A stretch of DNA of 64,000 nucleotides from Escherichia phage teqdroes: sequence record NC_054932.1; one strand, written 5' to 3'. Both the position numbers and the translations under genes were made by a program. The notes under the pieces were generated by a model. That model did not search any database. It was not told the origin of the DNA and saw only the letters and a list, made by a program, of their open reading frames with translations. This document shows, one piece after another, positions 51,047 to 59,189 of this stretch (positions are counted from its first letter, which is position 1; each line of letters opens with the position of its first letter).

Positions 51047-51577
51047 ATGTCGCAAGCTCTGCAACAAATTTTTAACCAAGCAAATACAACTAACTTTGTA
51101 GTATCAATACCACATAGTAATACTACATCTGCTTTTACTTTAAATGCTCAGTCAGTTCCTATTCCAGGAATTAGAATACCTGTTACTGATACCGTGACTG
51201 GGCCGTTTGGACTTGGCCGAGCACAACGACCAGGTGTTACATTTGAATACGATCCACTCATTGTGAGATTTATAGTTGATGAAGAACTTAAGTCGTGGAT
51301 AGGAATGTATGAATGGATGCTAGGAACTAGTAACTATCTTACAGGTGAAAATACTGCCCAAAAAACAGGTCCTGAGTACATTACGCTTTACATCTTAGAT
51401 AATAGCAAAACTGAAATCGTGATGTCAATAAATTTTTATAAGCCTTGGGTTTCTGACCTATCTGAAGTAGAATTTAGCTACACAGAAGATTCAGACCCGG
51501 CTTTAGTATGTACAGCTACGATTCCTTACACCTATTTTCAAGTAGAAAAAGATGGTAAAATTATAGCAGAAGTTTAA
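51047..51577 (+). CDS. 3: tail completion / tube terminator
   Basis: 176 aa from MSQALQQIF (ORF track extends upstream to 50966 with no better start). Confidence 0.8.
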   Translation: MSQALQQIFNQANTTNFVVSIPHSNTTSAFTLNAQSVPIPGIRIPVTDTVTGPFGLGRAQRPGVTFEYDPLIVRFIVDEELKSWIGMYEWMLGTSNYLTGENTAQKTGPEYITLYILDNSKTEIVMSINFYKPWVSDLSEVEFSYTEDSDPALVCTATIPYTYFQVEKDGKIIAEV

Positions 51578-51626
51578 TGCTTCAGTTTTGTGTGTTATAA
51601 TCTTAATTAAATTTGAGGAGAAACAC

Positions 51627-52351
51627 ATGAAACTAATCTTTTTAAGCGGTGTAAAGCGTAGTGGAAAAGATACTACTGCTGATTTTATCATGAGCAATTA
51701 TTCTGCAGTTAAATACCAACTTGCTGGTCCTATTAAGGATGCATTGGCTTATGCATGGGGAGTATTTGCAGCAAACACTGACTATCCTTGCTTAACTCGT
51801 AAAGAGTTTGAAGGAATTGACTATGATCGTGAGACTAATTTAAATCTGACTAAATTAGAAGTAATCACGATTATGGAACAAGCATTTTGCTATCTTAATG
51901 GTAAAAGCCCAATTAAAGGTGTGTTTGTTTTTGATGACGAAGGAAAAGAATCAGTTAATTTCGTAGCATTTAACAAAATTACTGACGTTATAAATAATAT
52001 TGAAGATCAATGGTCAGTCCGTCGTCTGATGCAAGCCCTAGGTACGGATTTGATTGTTAATAACTTCGACCGCATGTACTGGGTAAAATTATTTGCTTTA
52101 GATTATCTTGATAAATTTAACTCAGGTTATGATTATTATATCGTTCCTGATACCCGTCAAGATCATGAAATGGATGCGGCTAGGGCGATGGGTGCTACAG
52201 TAATTCATGTAGTTCGTCCTGGTCAAAAATCCAATGATACACATATTACAGAAGCTGGATTGCCAATTCGTGATGGCGATTTAGTAATTACAAACGATGG
52301 TTCTCTTGAAGAACTTTTTTCTAAAATTAAAAATACACTAAAGGTACTATA

Positions 52352-52352
<1 letters not shown>
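51627..52352 (+). CDS. 1: deoxynucleoside monophosphate kinase
   Basis: 241 aa from MKLIFLSGVKRSGKDT (P-loop). Confidence 0.85.
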
Positions 52353-53049
<697 letters not shown>

Positions 53050-53061
53050 TTTCACAAAGTT

Positions 53062-53091
53062 GTTTACATACTGATGAGGTAGTGATACTAT
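53062..53091 (+). promoter_or_regulatory. early promoter with stem-loop over -10 (PeSL-like) for ipI
   Basis: GTTTAC, 18 bp, TACTAT; -10 embedded in inverted repeat GATGAGGTA/TATCTCATC. Confidence 0.6.
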
Positions 53092-53121
53092 TATCTCATC
53101 AAAATTAATTAGGAAAATAAA

Positions 53122-53409
53122 ATGAAAACATTTAAAGAATTTACTTCTACAACTACCCCGGTTTCTACCATTACCGAAGCTACTCTTACTTCTGAAGTTA
53201 TTAAAGCAAATAAAGGACGAGAAGGTAAACCAATGATTAGTCTGGTTGATGGCGAAGAAATCAAAGGTACTGTTTACCTAGGTGATGGGTGGTCTGCTAA
53301 AAAGGATGGTGCTACAATCGTTATCTCTCCTGCCGAAGAAACTGCGTTGTTTAAAGCTAAACACATTTCTGCAGCACATCTCAAGATTATTGCTAAAAAT
53401 CTTTTGTAA
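53122..53409 (+). CDS. ipI: internal protein I (capsid-packaged anti-restriction protein)
   Basis: 95-aa ORF; N-terminal capsid-targeting sequence MKTFKEFTS with TITE/A protease site; early promoter upstream. Confidence 0.8.
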   Translation: MKTFKEFTSTTTPVSTITEATLTSEVIKANKGREGKPMISLVDGEEIKGTVYLGDGWSAKKDGATIVISPAEETALFKAKHISAAHLKIIAKNLL

Positions 53410-53428
53410 TAAACAATTTCACAAAGTT

Positions 53429-53458
53429 GTTTACACGGGGTTTTAGTAGTGATACTAT
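53429..53458 (+). promoter_or_regulatory. early promoter (PeSL-like) for 53495 ORF
   Basis: GTTTAC, 18 bp, TACTAT; conserved upstream TTTCACAAAGTTG. Confidence 0.6.
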
Positions 53459-53500
53459 TACCCTATCAAAACAAATGTGAAATTGGAGAATAAAATGAAA
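53447..53500 (+). repeat. 54-bp direct repeat, copy A (promoter -10 / RBS / ATGAAA cassette)
   Basis: Identical to 53747-53800. Confidence 0.8.
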
Positions 53501-53728
53501 ACGTATCAAGAATTTATTGCTGAAGCTGCTGATGTAAAAGTTGAGTTTATTTACATTGGTAAGAAAGATAAAATGGGCGAAATGCCTCATGGAGTTCTTC
53601 GTGATGCATTAGATAATTTCGGTCAACTCGGTGGTGAAGAGTTTGGTGATTATTTTGTTATCTATGGACCAGAAAAAGTCATCGAGAAATGGGCTGATAA
53701 ATATAAATCAATTTTTCGTAAAAAATAA
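53495..53728 (+). CDS. internal-protein-like small protein with CTS
   Basis: ATG at 53495 gives MKTYQEFIAEA N-terminus (ORF track begins at upstream GTG); early promoter cassette upstream. Confidence 0.55.
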   Translation: MKTYQEFIAEAADVKVEFIYIGKKDKMGEMPHGVLRDALDNFGQLGGEEFGDYFVIYGPEKVIEKWADKYKSIFRKK

Positions 53729-53758
53729 GTTTACTTTTAGATAGGGTAGTGATACTAT
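53729..53758 (+). promoter_or_regulatory. early promoter with stem-loop over -10 (PeSL-like) for 53795 ORF
   Basis: GTTTAC, 18 bp, TACTAT; inverted repeat ATAGGGTA/TACCCTAT flanks the -10. Confidence 0.6.
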
Positions 53759-53800
53759 TACCCTATCAAAACAAATGTGAAATTGGAGAATAAAATGAAA
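53747..53800 (+). repeat. 54-bp direct repeat, copy B
   Basis: Identical to 53447-53500, exactly 300 bp downstream. Confidence 0.8.
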
Positions 53801-53980
53801 CGTTGTGAATTAATTCGAAATGTTGCTATTGCAATTTCTGCTTCCGCTTTTAGTTTTTCAATGTTTGTTGGATTTATATGTGGATTATTGACTACAGCAG
53901 AAAATGTGTTTTCACTTGTAGTAGCATTTTTAATTGGTTTAATTGCTATTGTTATGGATAAAATTTCTAAAGGTGAATAA
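53795..53980 (+). CDS. small hydrophobic membrane protein
   Basis: ATG at 53795 behind duplicated promoter/RBS cassette; hydrophobic helices. Confidence 0.45.
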   Translation: MKRCELIRNVAIAISASAFSFSMFVGFICGLLTTAENVFSLVVAFLIGLIAIVMDKISKGE

Positions 53981-54391
53981 ATGAGTATTAACGAATATTA
54001 TGTTTATGCCGGGGATTATGCAAATCCTTCTCATTTTGAAGGTAATTTAATACCTGATAAAGTTTTTAATACTCCTTTTGAAGCGTGGAGTTGGATTGAA
54101 AGTAAAAATGGATTTTCTTACCGTTATGTTGAAGTAACTGATTGGAGAGGAACTAAATATCCTAAAGACCATTATTACGTAAATCCATCTAAGGTAAATT
54201 TTCTTTTATTCGCAGGTGATAATTATTATCCTTGTGGCGGATATGATGATTTAATTGCGTATGCTGAAACAGAAGATAAACTGCGTGATATCATTAAAGA
54301 AAATGAAAATAAACCAGATTATGGTTCCAATCGTTTCGACTGGTGGCAAATCGTAAATGCCCATACTCATGCTATCGTTGATAGAGGCTGA
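53981..54391 (+). CDS. hypothetical protein (136 aa)
   Basis: ORF ATGA-coupled to upstream gene. Confidence 0.5.
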   Translation: MSINEYYVYAGDYANPSHFEGNLIPDKVFNTPFEAWSWIESKNGFSYRYVEVTDWRGTKYPKDHYYVNPSKVNFLLFAGDNYYPCGGYDDLIAYAETEDKLRDIIKENENKPDYGSNRFDWWQIVNAHTHAIVDRG

Positions 54392-54393
54392 TA

Positions 54394-54681
54394 ATGATTC
54401 TTTATGCTAAAGTATCATCCATTGAAAATGGATATAAATATGATCAAGAAGCAGCTAAAGCCTTGATTGATGATTATGGCATTTTAACATGTTTTGAAGT
54501 TGAAAAGGTTTACATTGACCGTTCATCTTCTCAGGTTAAATTAGTGAAGGAAGACCGTAAATTTAATACAGTAAATTTTGATTTCTTTATTGAAACAGAA
54601 AAAGGTCCTCTTGAATATGATATTTTCAAGAATCCTTTGGGTCTTGAATGCATCGTAAATATGTATTATCATAAATGGTAA
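54394..54681 (+). CDS. hypothetical protein (95 aa)
   Basis: ORF 2 nt after previous stop. Confidence 0.5.
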   Translation: MILYAKVSSIENGYKYDQEAAKALIDDYGILTCFEVEKVYIDRSSSQVKLVKEDRKFNTVNFDFFIETEKGPLEYDIFKNPLGLECIVNMYYHKW

Positions 54682-54684
54682 ATA

Positions 54685-54709
54685 TGCTTTAAGAATTATT
54701 TGTTATTAT
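54685..54709 (+). promoter_or_regulatory. candidate middle promoter (MotA box TGCTTTA plus TATTAT) upstream of tRNA cluster
   Basis: MotA-box-like motif with correctly spaced -10, about 70 nt before tRNA-Gln. Confidence 0.4.
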
Positions 54710-54778
54710 TAACTCATACCGCACTGATTAATACCCTCTATCATCAAGGGTTCTTGCTAAAGAGCCTTTGTTAATAAT

Positions 54779-54851
54779 TGGGAATTAGCCAAGTTGGTAA
54801 GGCACTGGATTTTGATTCCAGGATGCAAAGGTTCGAGTCCTTTATTCCCAG
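54779..54851 (+). tRNA. tRNA-Gln (anticodon TTG)
   Basis: Cloverleaf by eye: acceptor TGGGAAT/ATTCCCA, T-loop TTCGAGT, anticodon loop TTTTGAT. Confidence 0.8.
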
Positions 54852-54852
54852 C

Positions 54853-54939
54853 GCGAGAATGGTCAAATTGGTAAAGGCACAGCACTTAAAATGCTGCGGA
54901 ATGATTTCCTTGTGGGTTCGAGTCCCACTTCTCGCACCA
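54853..54939 (+). tRNA. tRNA-Leu (anticodon TAA)
   Basis: Acceptor GCGAGAA/TTCTCGC, long variable arm, T-loop TTCGAGT, CCA encoded. Confidence 0.8.
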
Positions 54940-54944
54940 AATTT

Positions 54945-55018
<74 letters not shown>

Positions 55019-55022
55019 ATTT

Positions 55023-55673
55023 ATGACTCGTCGTGAGACGCTCAGTTCTTTATTAGGGACTGATATGCATTTTTATCTTTATAAAATAACAAATAAAATT
55101 AATAATAAAATTTATATTGGTGTGCATTCTACCGAAAATTTAGATGATGGATATATGGGTTCTGGTAAATTATTAAAAAGAGCCCAAGACAAGTATGGTA
55201 TAGAAAATTTCTCTAAAGAAATATTAGAGTATTTTGATGATAAAGAATCTATGCTTGAAGCCGAGAAAAATATTGTCACAGAAGAGTTTTTAAATAGACC
55301 AGATGTGTATAATTTAAAACTTGGCGGAGAAGGTGGATGGGACCATATAAATAATTATCCTATGACAGATCAGCAACGCGAATTAATTTCATTGGGTGTT
55401 AAAAAGGCACATTCTAACGGAAAATTAAAAGGATGGTCTTCAAATGGATTAATGAAGAATGGCTTTGCTGGTAAAAATCATTCTCAAGAAGCTAAACGTA
55501 AAATAGCAAAAGCAAACGAAGCAAAAGTTTCTGCGGATGAAAGAAAAAGAAGAATAGAAATTTCTAAATTATATGATTTTTCTAAGCGTGGTGAATTATC
55601 TAAATATGCTAAGCATATTGGCGTAAGTCATACTCAAGCAAAAAGAATTCTAAATCAAATTAACAATATATAA
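55023..55673 (+). CDS. segB: GIY-YIG homing endonuclease
   Basis: GIY..YIG motif (FYLYKITNKINNKIYIGVHS); inserted in tRNA cluster as T4 segB; start may be ATG 55065. Confidence 0.8.
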   Translation: MTRRETLSSLLGTDMHFYLYKITNKINNKIYIGVHSTENLDDGYMGSGKLLKRAQDKYGIENFSKEILEYFDDKESMLEAEKNIVTEEFLNRPDVYNLKLGGEGGWDHINNYPMTDQQRELISLGVKKAHSNGKLKGWSSNGLMKNGFAGKNHSQEAKRKIAKANEAKVSADERKRRIEISKLYDFSKRGELSKYAKHIGVSHTQAKRILNQINNI

Positions 55674-55680
55674 ATATTTG

Positions 55681-55770
55681 GAGGCGTGGCAGAGTGGTTT
55701 AATGCACCGGTCTTGAAAACCGGCAGTCGCTCCGGCGACTCATAGGTTCAAATCCTATCGCCTCCGCCAG
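55681..55770 (+). tRNA. tRNA-Ser (anticodon TGA)
   Basis: Acceptor GGAGGCG/CGCCTCC, long variable arm, T-loop TTCAAAT, CCA. Confidence 0.8.
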
Positions 55771-55776
55771 TTTTTG

Positions 55777-55852
55777 CTGATTTAGCTCAGTAGGTAGAGC
55801 ACCTCACTTGTAATGAGGACGTCGGCGGTTCGATTCCGTCAATCAGCACCAA
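55777..55852 (+). tRNA. tRNA-Thr (anticodon TGT)
   Basis: Acceptor GCTGATT/AATCAGC, anticodon loop CTTGTAA, T-loop TTCGATT, CCA. Confidence 0.8.
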
Positions 55853-55853
55853 G

Positions 55854-55928
55854 GCCCTGTAGCTGGAAGGTTCAAGCAAGCGACTCATAATCGCCAGATG
55901 GTGGTTCAATTCCACCCAGGGCCACCAA
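55854..55928 (+). tRNA. tRNA-Ile (anticodon CAT; Ile2-type, could be Met)
   Basis: Acceptor GGCCCTG/CAGGGCC, anticodon loop CTCATAA, T-loop TTCAATT, CCA. Confidence 0.7.
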
Positions 55929-55940
55929 ATTATGAATTAG

Positions 55941-56027
55941 GGGAGTTATCCCGTAGAGGTAGCGGTGTGGACTGTAAATTCATTGTCATTGCGACTCGGG
56001 TGGTTCGACTCCACCACTCCCCACCAA
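55941..56027 (+). tRNA. tRNA-Tyr (anticodon GTA), class II
   Basis: Acceptor GGGGAGT/ACTCCCC, loop CTGTAAA, long variable arm resembling E. coli tRNA-Tyr, T-loop TTCGACT; anticodon stem has two G-U pairs. Confidence 0.6.
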
Positions 56028-56031
56028 TTTG

Positions 56032-56106
56032 GATGTGTAGCTCAATGGTAGAGCGATCGCCTGTTAAGCGATTGGTTATAGGTTCGAATCCTATCACGTC
56101 CGCCAA
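56032..56106 (+). tRNA. tRNA-Asn (anticodon GTT)
   Basis: Acceptor GGATGTG/CACGTCC (one G-U), loop CTGTTAA, T-loop TTCGAAT, CCA. Confidence 0.7.
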
Positions 56107-56219
56107 ATTTGTGACAACTGTCACATTAATATCTACTTGACGCGATTATAGGGGTTGAACTGATCACTCTTCTCTTAATTTCGTGTGAAGACATCTTGAT
56201 TGTTGGAGTAGGTATTAAT

Positions 56220-56295
56220 GTGGCCGTAGTTCAGTTGGTAGAACTCGAGATTGTGATTCTCGTAGTCATGGGTTCGACTCCCATCGGTCACCCCA
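56220..56295 (+). tRNA. tRNA-His (anticodon GTG)
   Basis: Acceptor GTGGCCG/CGGTCAC, loop TTGTGAT, T-loop TTCGACT, CCA; no encoded G-1. Confidence 0.65.
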
Positions 56296-56299
56296 ATTA

Positions 56300-56375
56300 C
56301 GGGGCATAGCTCAGAAGGAAGAGCAAGGACCTTCTAAGTCCTAGGTCGTAGGTTCGATCCCTACTGCCTCGACCA
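56300..56375 (+). tRNA. tRNA-Arg (anticodon TCT)
   Basis: Acceptor CGGGGCA/TGCCTCG, loop CTTCTAA, T-loop TTCGATC, CCA. Confidence 0.75.
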
Positions 56376-56393
56376 ATTATAAGTGAGGAAAAT

Positions 56394-56744
56394 ATGAAAG
56401 GTAATGTTTATTTAGTAGTTCATGATTTAACATTTTACTTCAATGAATATGAAAAACATATCTCATTTCGTGAAATTAATTTACTTTATCAACACGCGGA
56501 TTATATTTATATTCAAAACGAATTTGGTCATTGGCAATTTCTCAAAAATCGTTCATTTGGCTTAGATGGTTACGAATACTTTGAACGTAAAGACCTTTTA
56601 GATAAAATTCCGTTATCTACGCAATATCAAAATCACAAATCTTTATATAAATGCCGTCCAATTCGAAATGTTGAATCCGCGTATGAAGCAATTGATTTAT
56701 GGCGTGAACGCCGTAAACAGATTGATGCTTTAAAAGAATATTAA
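56394..56744 (+). CDS. hypothetical protein (116 aa)
   Basis: ORF 18 nt after tRNA-Arg with GAGG RBS. Confidence 0.5.
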   Translation: MKGNVYLVVHDLTFYFNEYEKHISFREINLLYQHADYIYIQNEFGHWQFLKNRSFGLDGYEYFERKDLLDKIPLSTQYQNHKSLYKCRPIRNVESAYEAIDLWRERRKQIDALKEY

Positions 56745-56749
56745 GAAAC

Positions 56750-57081
56750 CGGGTCGCTACCGGTAAGTCGTCGGACTGATGTTCCCTGAGTAAGGAATTG
56801 CGTTAATAATCTTTGCGTTTATTGATGCCCTCTTACATCACAGCAGAAACGGCGCACCGAATTATCGATTCGAGGAAATATCTTTGCCGTAAGCCGAGTA
56901 GCGTTTTTGACGGAACGTTCGGATATGGTCGAGATATGGCCTTTTAAAAATATTGAGTAGCGTCAACTGCTTAATAACCGGGTTCGAATCCCGGCGTTTC
57001 GTACAAACACTTGCCTTAGCAGGTGGAACCCCGACAAGGTTGCCGCAAGGCTTAGCCCCGACCGAAAGGTTGGGGCTTTTT
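56750..57081 (+). ncRNA. putative stable structured RNA locus (tRNA-like T-arm; possible species 1/2-type RNAs)
   Basis: About 330 nt with no plus-strand ORF, higher GC, tRNA-like element CCGGG-TTCGAAT-CCCGG, ends in GNRA-hairpin terminator. Confidence 0.3.
57054..57081 (+). terminator. rho-independent terminator (GNRA hairpin plus T5)
   Basis: AGCCCCGACC-GAAA-GGTTGGGGCT then TTTTT. Confidence 0.65.
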
Positions 57082-57083
57082 GG

Positions 57084-57091
57084 TATAAATA
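57084..57091 (+). promoter_or_regulatory. late promoter TATAAATA for the 57128 CTS protein
   Basis: Exact motif 37 nt upstream of ATG, immediately after terminator. Confidence 0.5.
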
Positions 57092-57127
57092 AGTATATTA
57101 AAACCACGAATTAAAACAGGAAATAAG

Positions 57128-57601
57128 ATGAAATCATATGCTCAATTTTTAAATGAAGCGGTGTTAAATGAAGCATCTAGCACCGAAATTCAAGCTGTCG
57201 CAAAAGCAGCCATTGCCGCGGGTAAATATTCCTATAAAGATGCTTCCGATGAATCACGATTCCAATTTGCTCGTGATATGAAAGCCGAAGGATTTACAGG
57301 GAATGCAGTTAGTATGGCCTGGAAAAGTTTAGTTGCTACTGGCGCTGCTTTTGCAAAGGCTTCAGGTAAACCTGCTCCTAAAGCAGATCCTAAAGCTACA
57401 CAAGAAAAAAATATTGTTAAAGGAATTATCTCCAAATATGAAGCTATCCTTAAAGAGCTTTTAGTAATCAAAACTGAAGGTCAAAAGTTAGCTCGTGCTT
57501 ATAGTTTCAAAGATAACCCACATGCTCACTCTCTTGAGTATGTTGAAGACATCCAAAAAATTATTAAAGACCGCATTTGGTCTGCTAAACAAATCAAATA
57601 A
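57128..57601 (+). CDS. internal-protein-like protein with CTS (157 aa)
   Basis: N-terminus MKSYAQFLNEA resembles capsid-targeting sequence; TATAAATA late promoter upstream; terminator downstream. Confidence 0.55.
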   Translation: MKSYAQFLNEAVLNEASSTEIQAVAKAAIAAGKYSYKDASDESRFQFARDMKAEGFTGNAVSMAWKSLVATGAAFAKASGKPAPKADPKATQEKNIVKGIISKYEAILKELLVIKTEGQKLARAYSFKDNPHAHSLEYVEDIQKIIKDRIWSAKQIK

Positions 57602-57608
57602 CATTCTT

Positions 57609-57637
57609 AGTCCCAACCGAAAGGTTGGGACTTTTTG
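57609..57637 (+). terminator. rho-independent terminator, near-copy of 57054 module
   Basis: AGTCCCAACC-GAAA-GGTTGGGACT then TTTTT. Confidence 0.65.
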
Positions 57638-57769
57638 GTATCTAGGCCTTTCTGGGCCTCTCTAGGCATCATTTAGTTTCTACCCTTTATAATATATTAT
57701 CCTATCTTTTAATTGCCCCTCCTGACCCTAGAATTCCCTAAAACTTTTTAAAAATTTTTTCACAAAACT

Positions 57770-57799
57770 GTTTACATCCCTTTTCTTCCATGGTACTAT
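57770..57799 (+). promoter_or_regulatory. early promoter (GTTTAC, 18 bp, TACTAT)
   Basis: Conserved upstream TTTTCACAAAACTG element as at 53050 and 53416. Confidence 0.55.
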
Positions 57800-57842
57800 A
57801 CAACTATCAACTACTGATACAGAAAACAACTCGGAGAACGAA

Positions 57843-58106
57843 ATGGATAATTACGGCGAACTGTTCAACTTCTTTATGAAATGTGTTTCAGAAGATTTCG
57901 GTCGTACAGTGAATGATATTAAAGTTATCGGTCCTGATCATCCGATGTTTGAAACTTATGCGGTAATGGGCAATGAAGACGGTCAGTGGTATACTGTAAA
58001 GGTTGTGATTAACATGTTCACTGCTGAAAGTTATGTTAAACTGTCTTCTAAAGTTTACCATGATAACGACGAAATCGCAGAAGAATATTTCAATAATATG
58101 AAATAA
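57843..58106 (+). CDS. hypothetical protein (87 aa)
   Basis: ORF behind early promoter GTTTAC/TACTAT. Confidence 0.5.
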   Translation: MDNYGELFNFFMKCVSEDFGRTVNDIKVIGPDHPMFETYAVMGNEDGQWYTVKVVINMFTAESYVKLSSKVYHDNDEIAEEYFNNMK

Positions 58107-58107
58107 G

Positions 58108-58143
58108 TTTACATAGGCTCATGATTGAGATATTATGAGCCTA
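58108..58143 (+). promoter_or_regulatory. early promoter with stem-loop over -10 (PeSL-like)
   Basis: GTTTAC, 17 bp, TATTAT; perfect inverted repeat ATAGGCTCAT/ATGAGCCTAT around -10. Confidence 0.6.
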
Positions 58144-58162
58144 TACAAATGAGGAAAACATT

Positions 58163-58498
58163 ATGAAACGTAACTTTAGTAAAGCTTTTTGTAATAGAAA
58201 TAATTATCCTGAAGAGCTTTTTGAATCTAAGGACTTTAAAGAGTTTAACGAACGTTCTCAAAACATGCCTGTACAATGGGTGTTAGATTATGCCAAACGT
58301 ATCTTTGAAGGCGTGCGGGATATTTGTCCTGATGATGAAGCTCCTTATTTTAAAAAGGCTTGGGAACTCGCCAACCAAGCATATATCAATGCTTTAGAAT
58401 CTTCTAAAGGTACTGACGATGATTTTATTTTATTAGCTATCAATGATGCCGTTATTGAGGCCATCAACGTCTTTATCGACGAGCTAGACGAAGAATAA
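58163..58498 (+). CDS. hypothetical acidic protein (111 aa)
   Basis: ORF behind early promoter with stem-loop over the -10. Confidence 0.5.
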   Translation: MKRNFSKAFCNRNNYPEELFESKDFKEFNERSQNMPVQWVLDYAKRIFEGVRDICPDDEAPYFKKAWELANQAYINALESSKGTDDDFILLAINDAVIEAINVFIDELDEE

Positions 58499-58527
58499 GT
58501 TTACAATCTATTAAAACGTGATATTAT
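58499..58527 (+). promoter_or_regulatory. early promoter (GTTTAC, 17 bp, TATTAT)
   Basis: Extended -10 GTGATATTAT. Confidence 0.55.
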
Positions 58528-58554
58528 CTAATTATACCAACCTAAGGAAATACT

Positions 58555-59148
58555 ATGAACACACTGAAGAAAATTGTTGAGTTTATTCGCACTAAACTTG
58601 GTTCTGCTATGGCTAAAAATCTATCTGTTGAAGAACAGTATACTGCTGCAGCAGCAAAACTACTTGATAAGATTAAAGATCTAAAAACTGCTTCTGTTAA
58701 ATCTATTAATGAAGAAAAGCGTATTCGTGAACTTATTGTCGAAAAGAATAAGCAGGCCGAATCAAAAGAGCGTGAAATTCGCAAGCTTCTTTCGGAAGGT
58801 CAAGATGTAACAATGCATGCTAAACTTGGTTTACTATATCGTCGAACAGCTGAGCAGTTGACTACTAAAGCTGATGGTTATGCTGAAATGCGAATTGAAA
58901 TCGCCAAGAAAGTAGTTGAGTTAGATGATGCTCGCCAAGAACTTGCAGTTAAATTGGAATATATCCGTGAAACTCGCGCCGCGAATGCCCTCGGAATTAG
59001 TACTGCCGATGATGTAGTTGAAATTGCAGCACTGACTAAGGTTGATATTGAAGATACTCTTGCTCGAGTTGAAACCTTTAATGGTAATATTTCTGGGGTT
59101 GAAACTACCTCTGCCGATGTTCAGGAATATATTAATTCTCTGAAATAA
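58555..59148 (+). CDS. hypothetical coiled-coil protein (197 aa)
   Basis: ORF behind early promoter; long heptad-like helices; UUCG hairpin downstream. Confidence 0.5.
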
Positions 59149-59154
59149 TGATAA

Positions 59155-59168
59155 GGGGCTTCGGCCCC
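59155..59168 (+). terminator. UUCG-tetraloop hairpin after coiled-coil ORF
   Basis: GGGGC-TTCG-GCCCC; no clear U-run, so possibly RNA stability/processing element. Confidence 0.35.
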
Positions 59169-59189
59169 TATTACTTGGAGTAAATAGGA

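Noticed and set aside
53400-53820. Repeat-spacer-like pattern considered as a mini CRISPR array
   Set aside because: Only two repeat copies, 300-bp spacing, and the repeats contain promoter/RBS/start codons of ORFs; no cas genes. Regulatory cassette duplication instead.
55898-56140. 80-aa plus and 64-aa minus ORFs
   Set aside because: They overlap tRNA-Tyr and tRNA-Asn; artefacts of GC-rich tRNA sequence.
56862-57107. 81-aa minus-strand ORF
   Set aside because: Lies antisense in the putative structured RNA locus, no RBS, and runs through the terminator hairpin; more likely non-coding.
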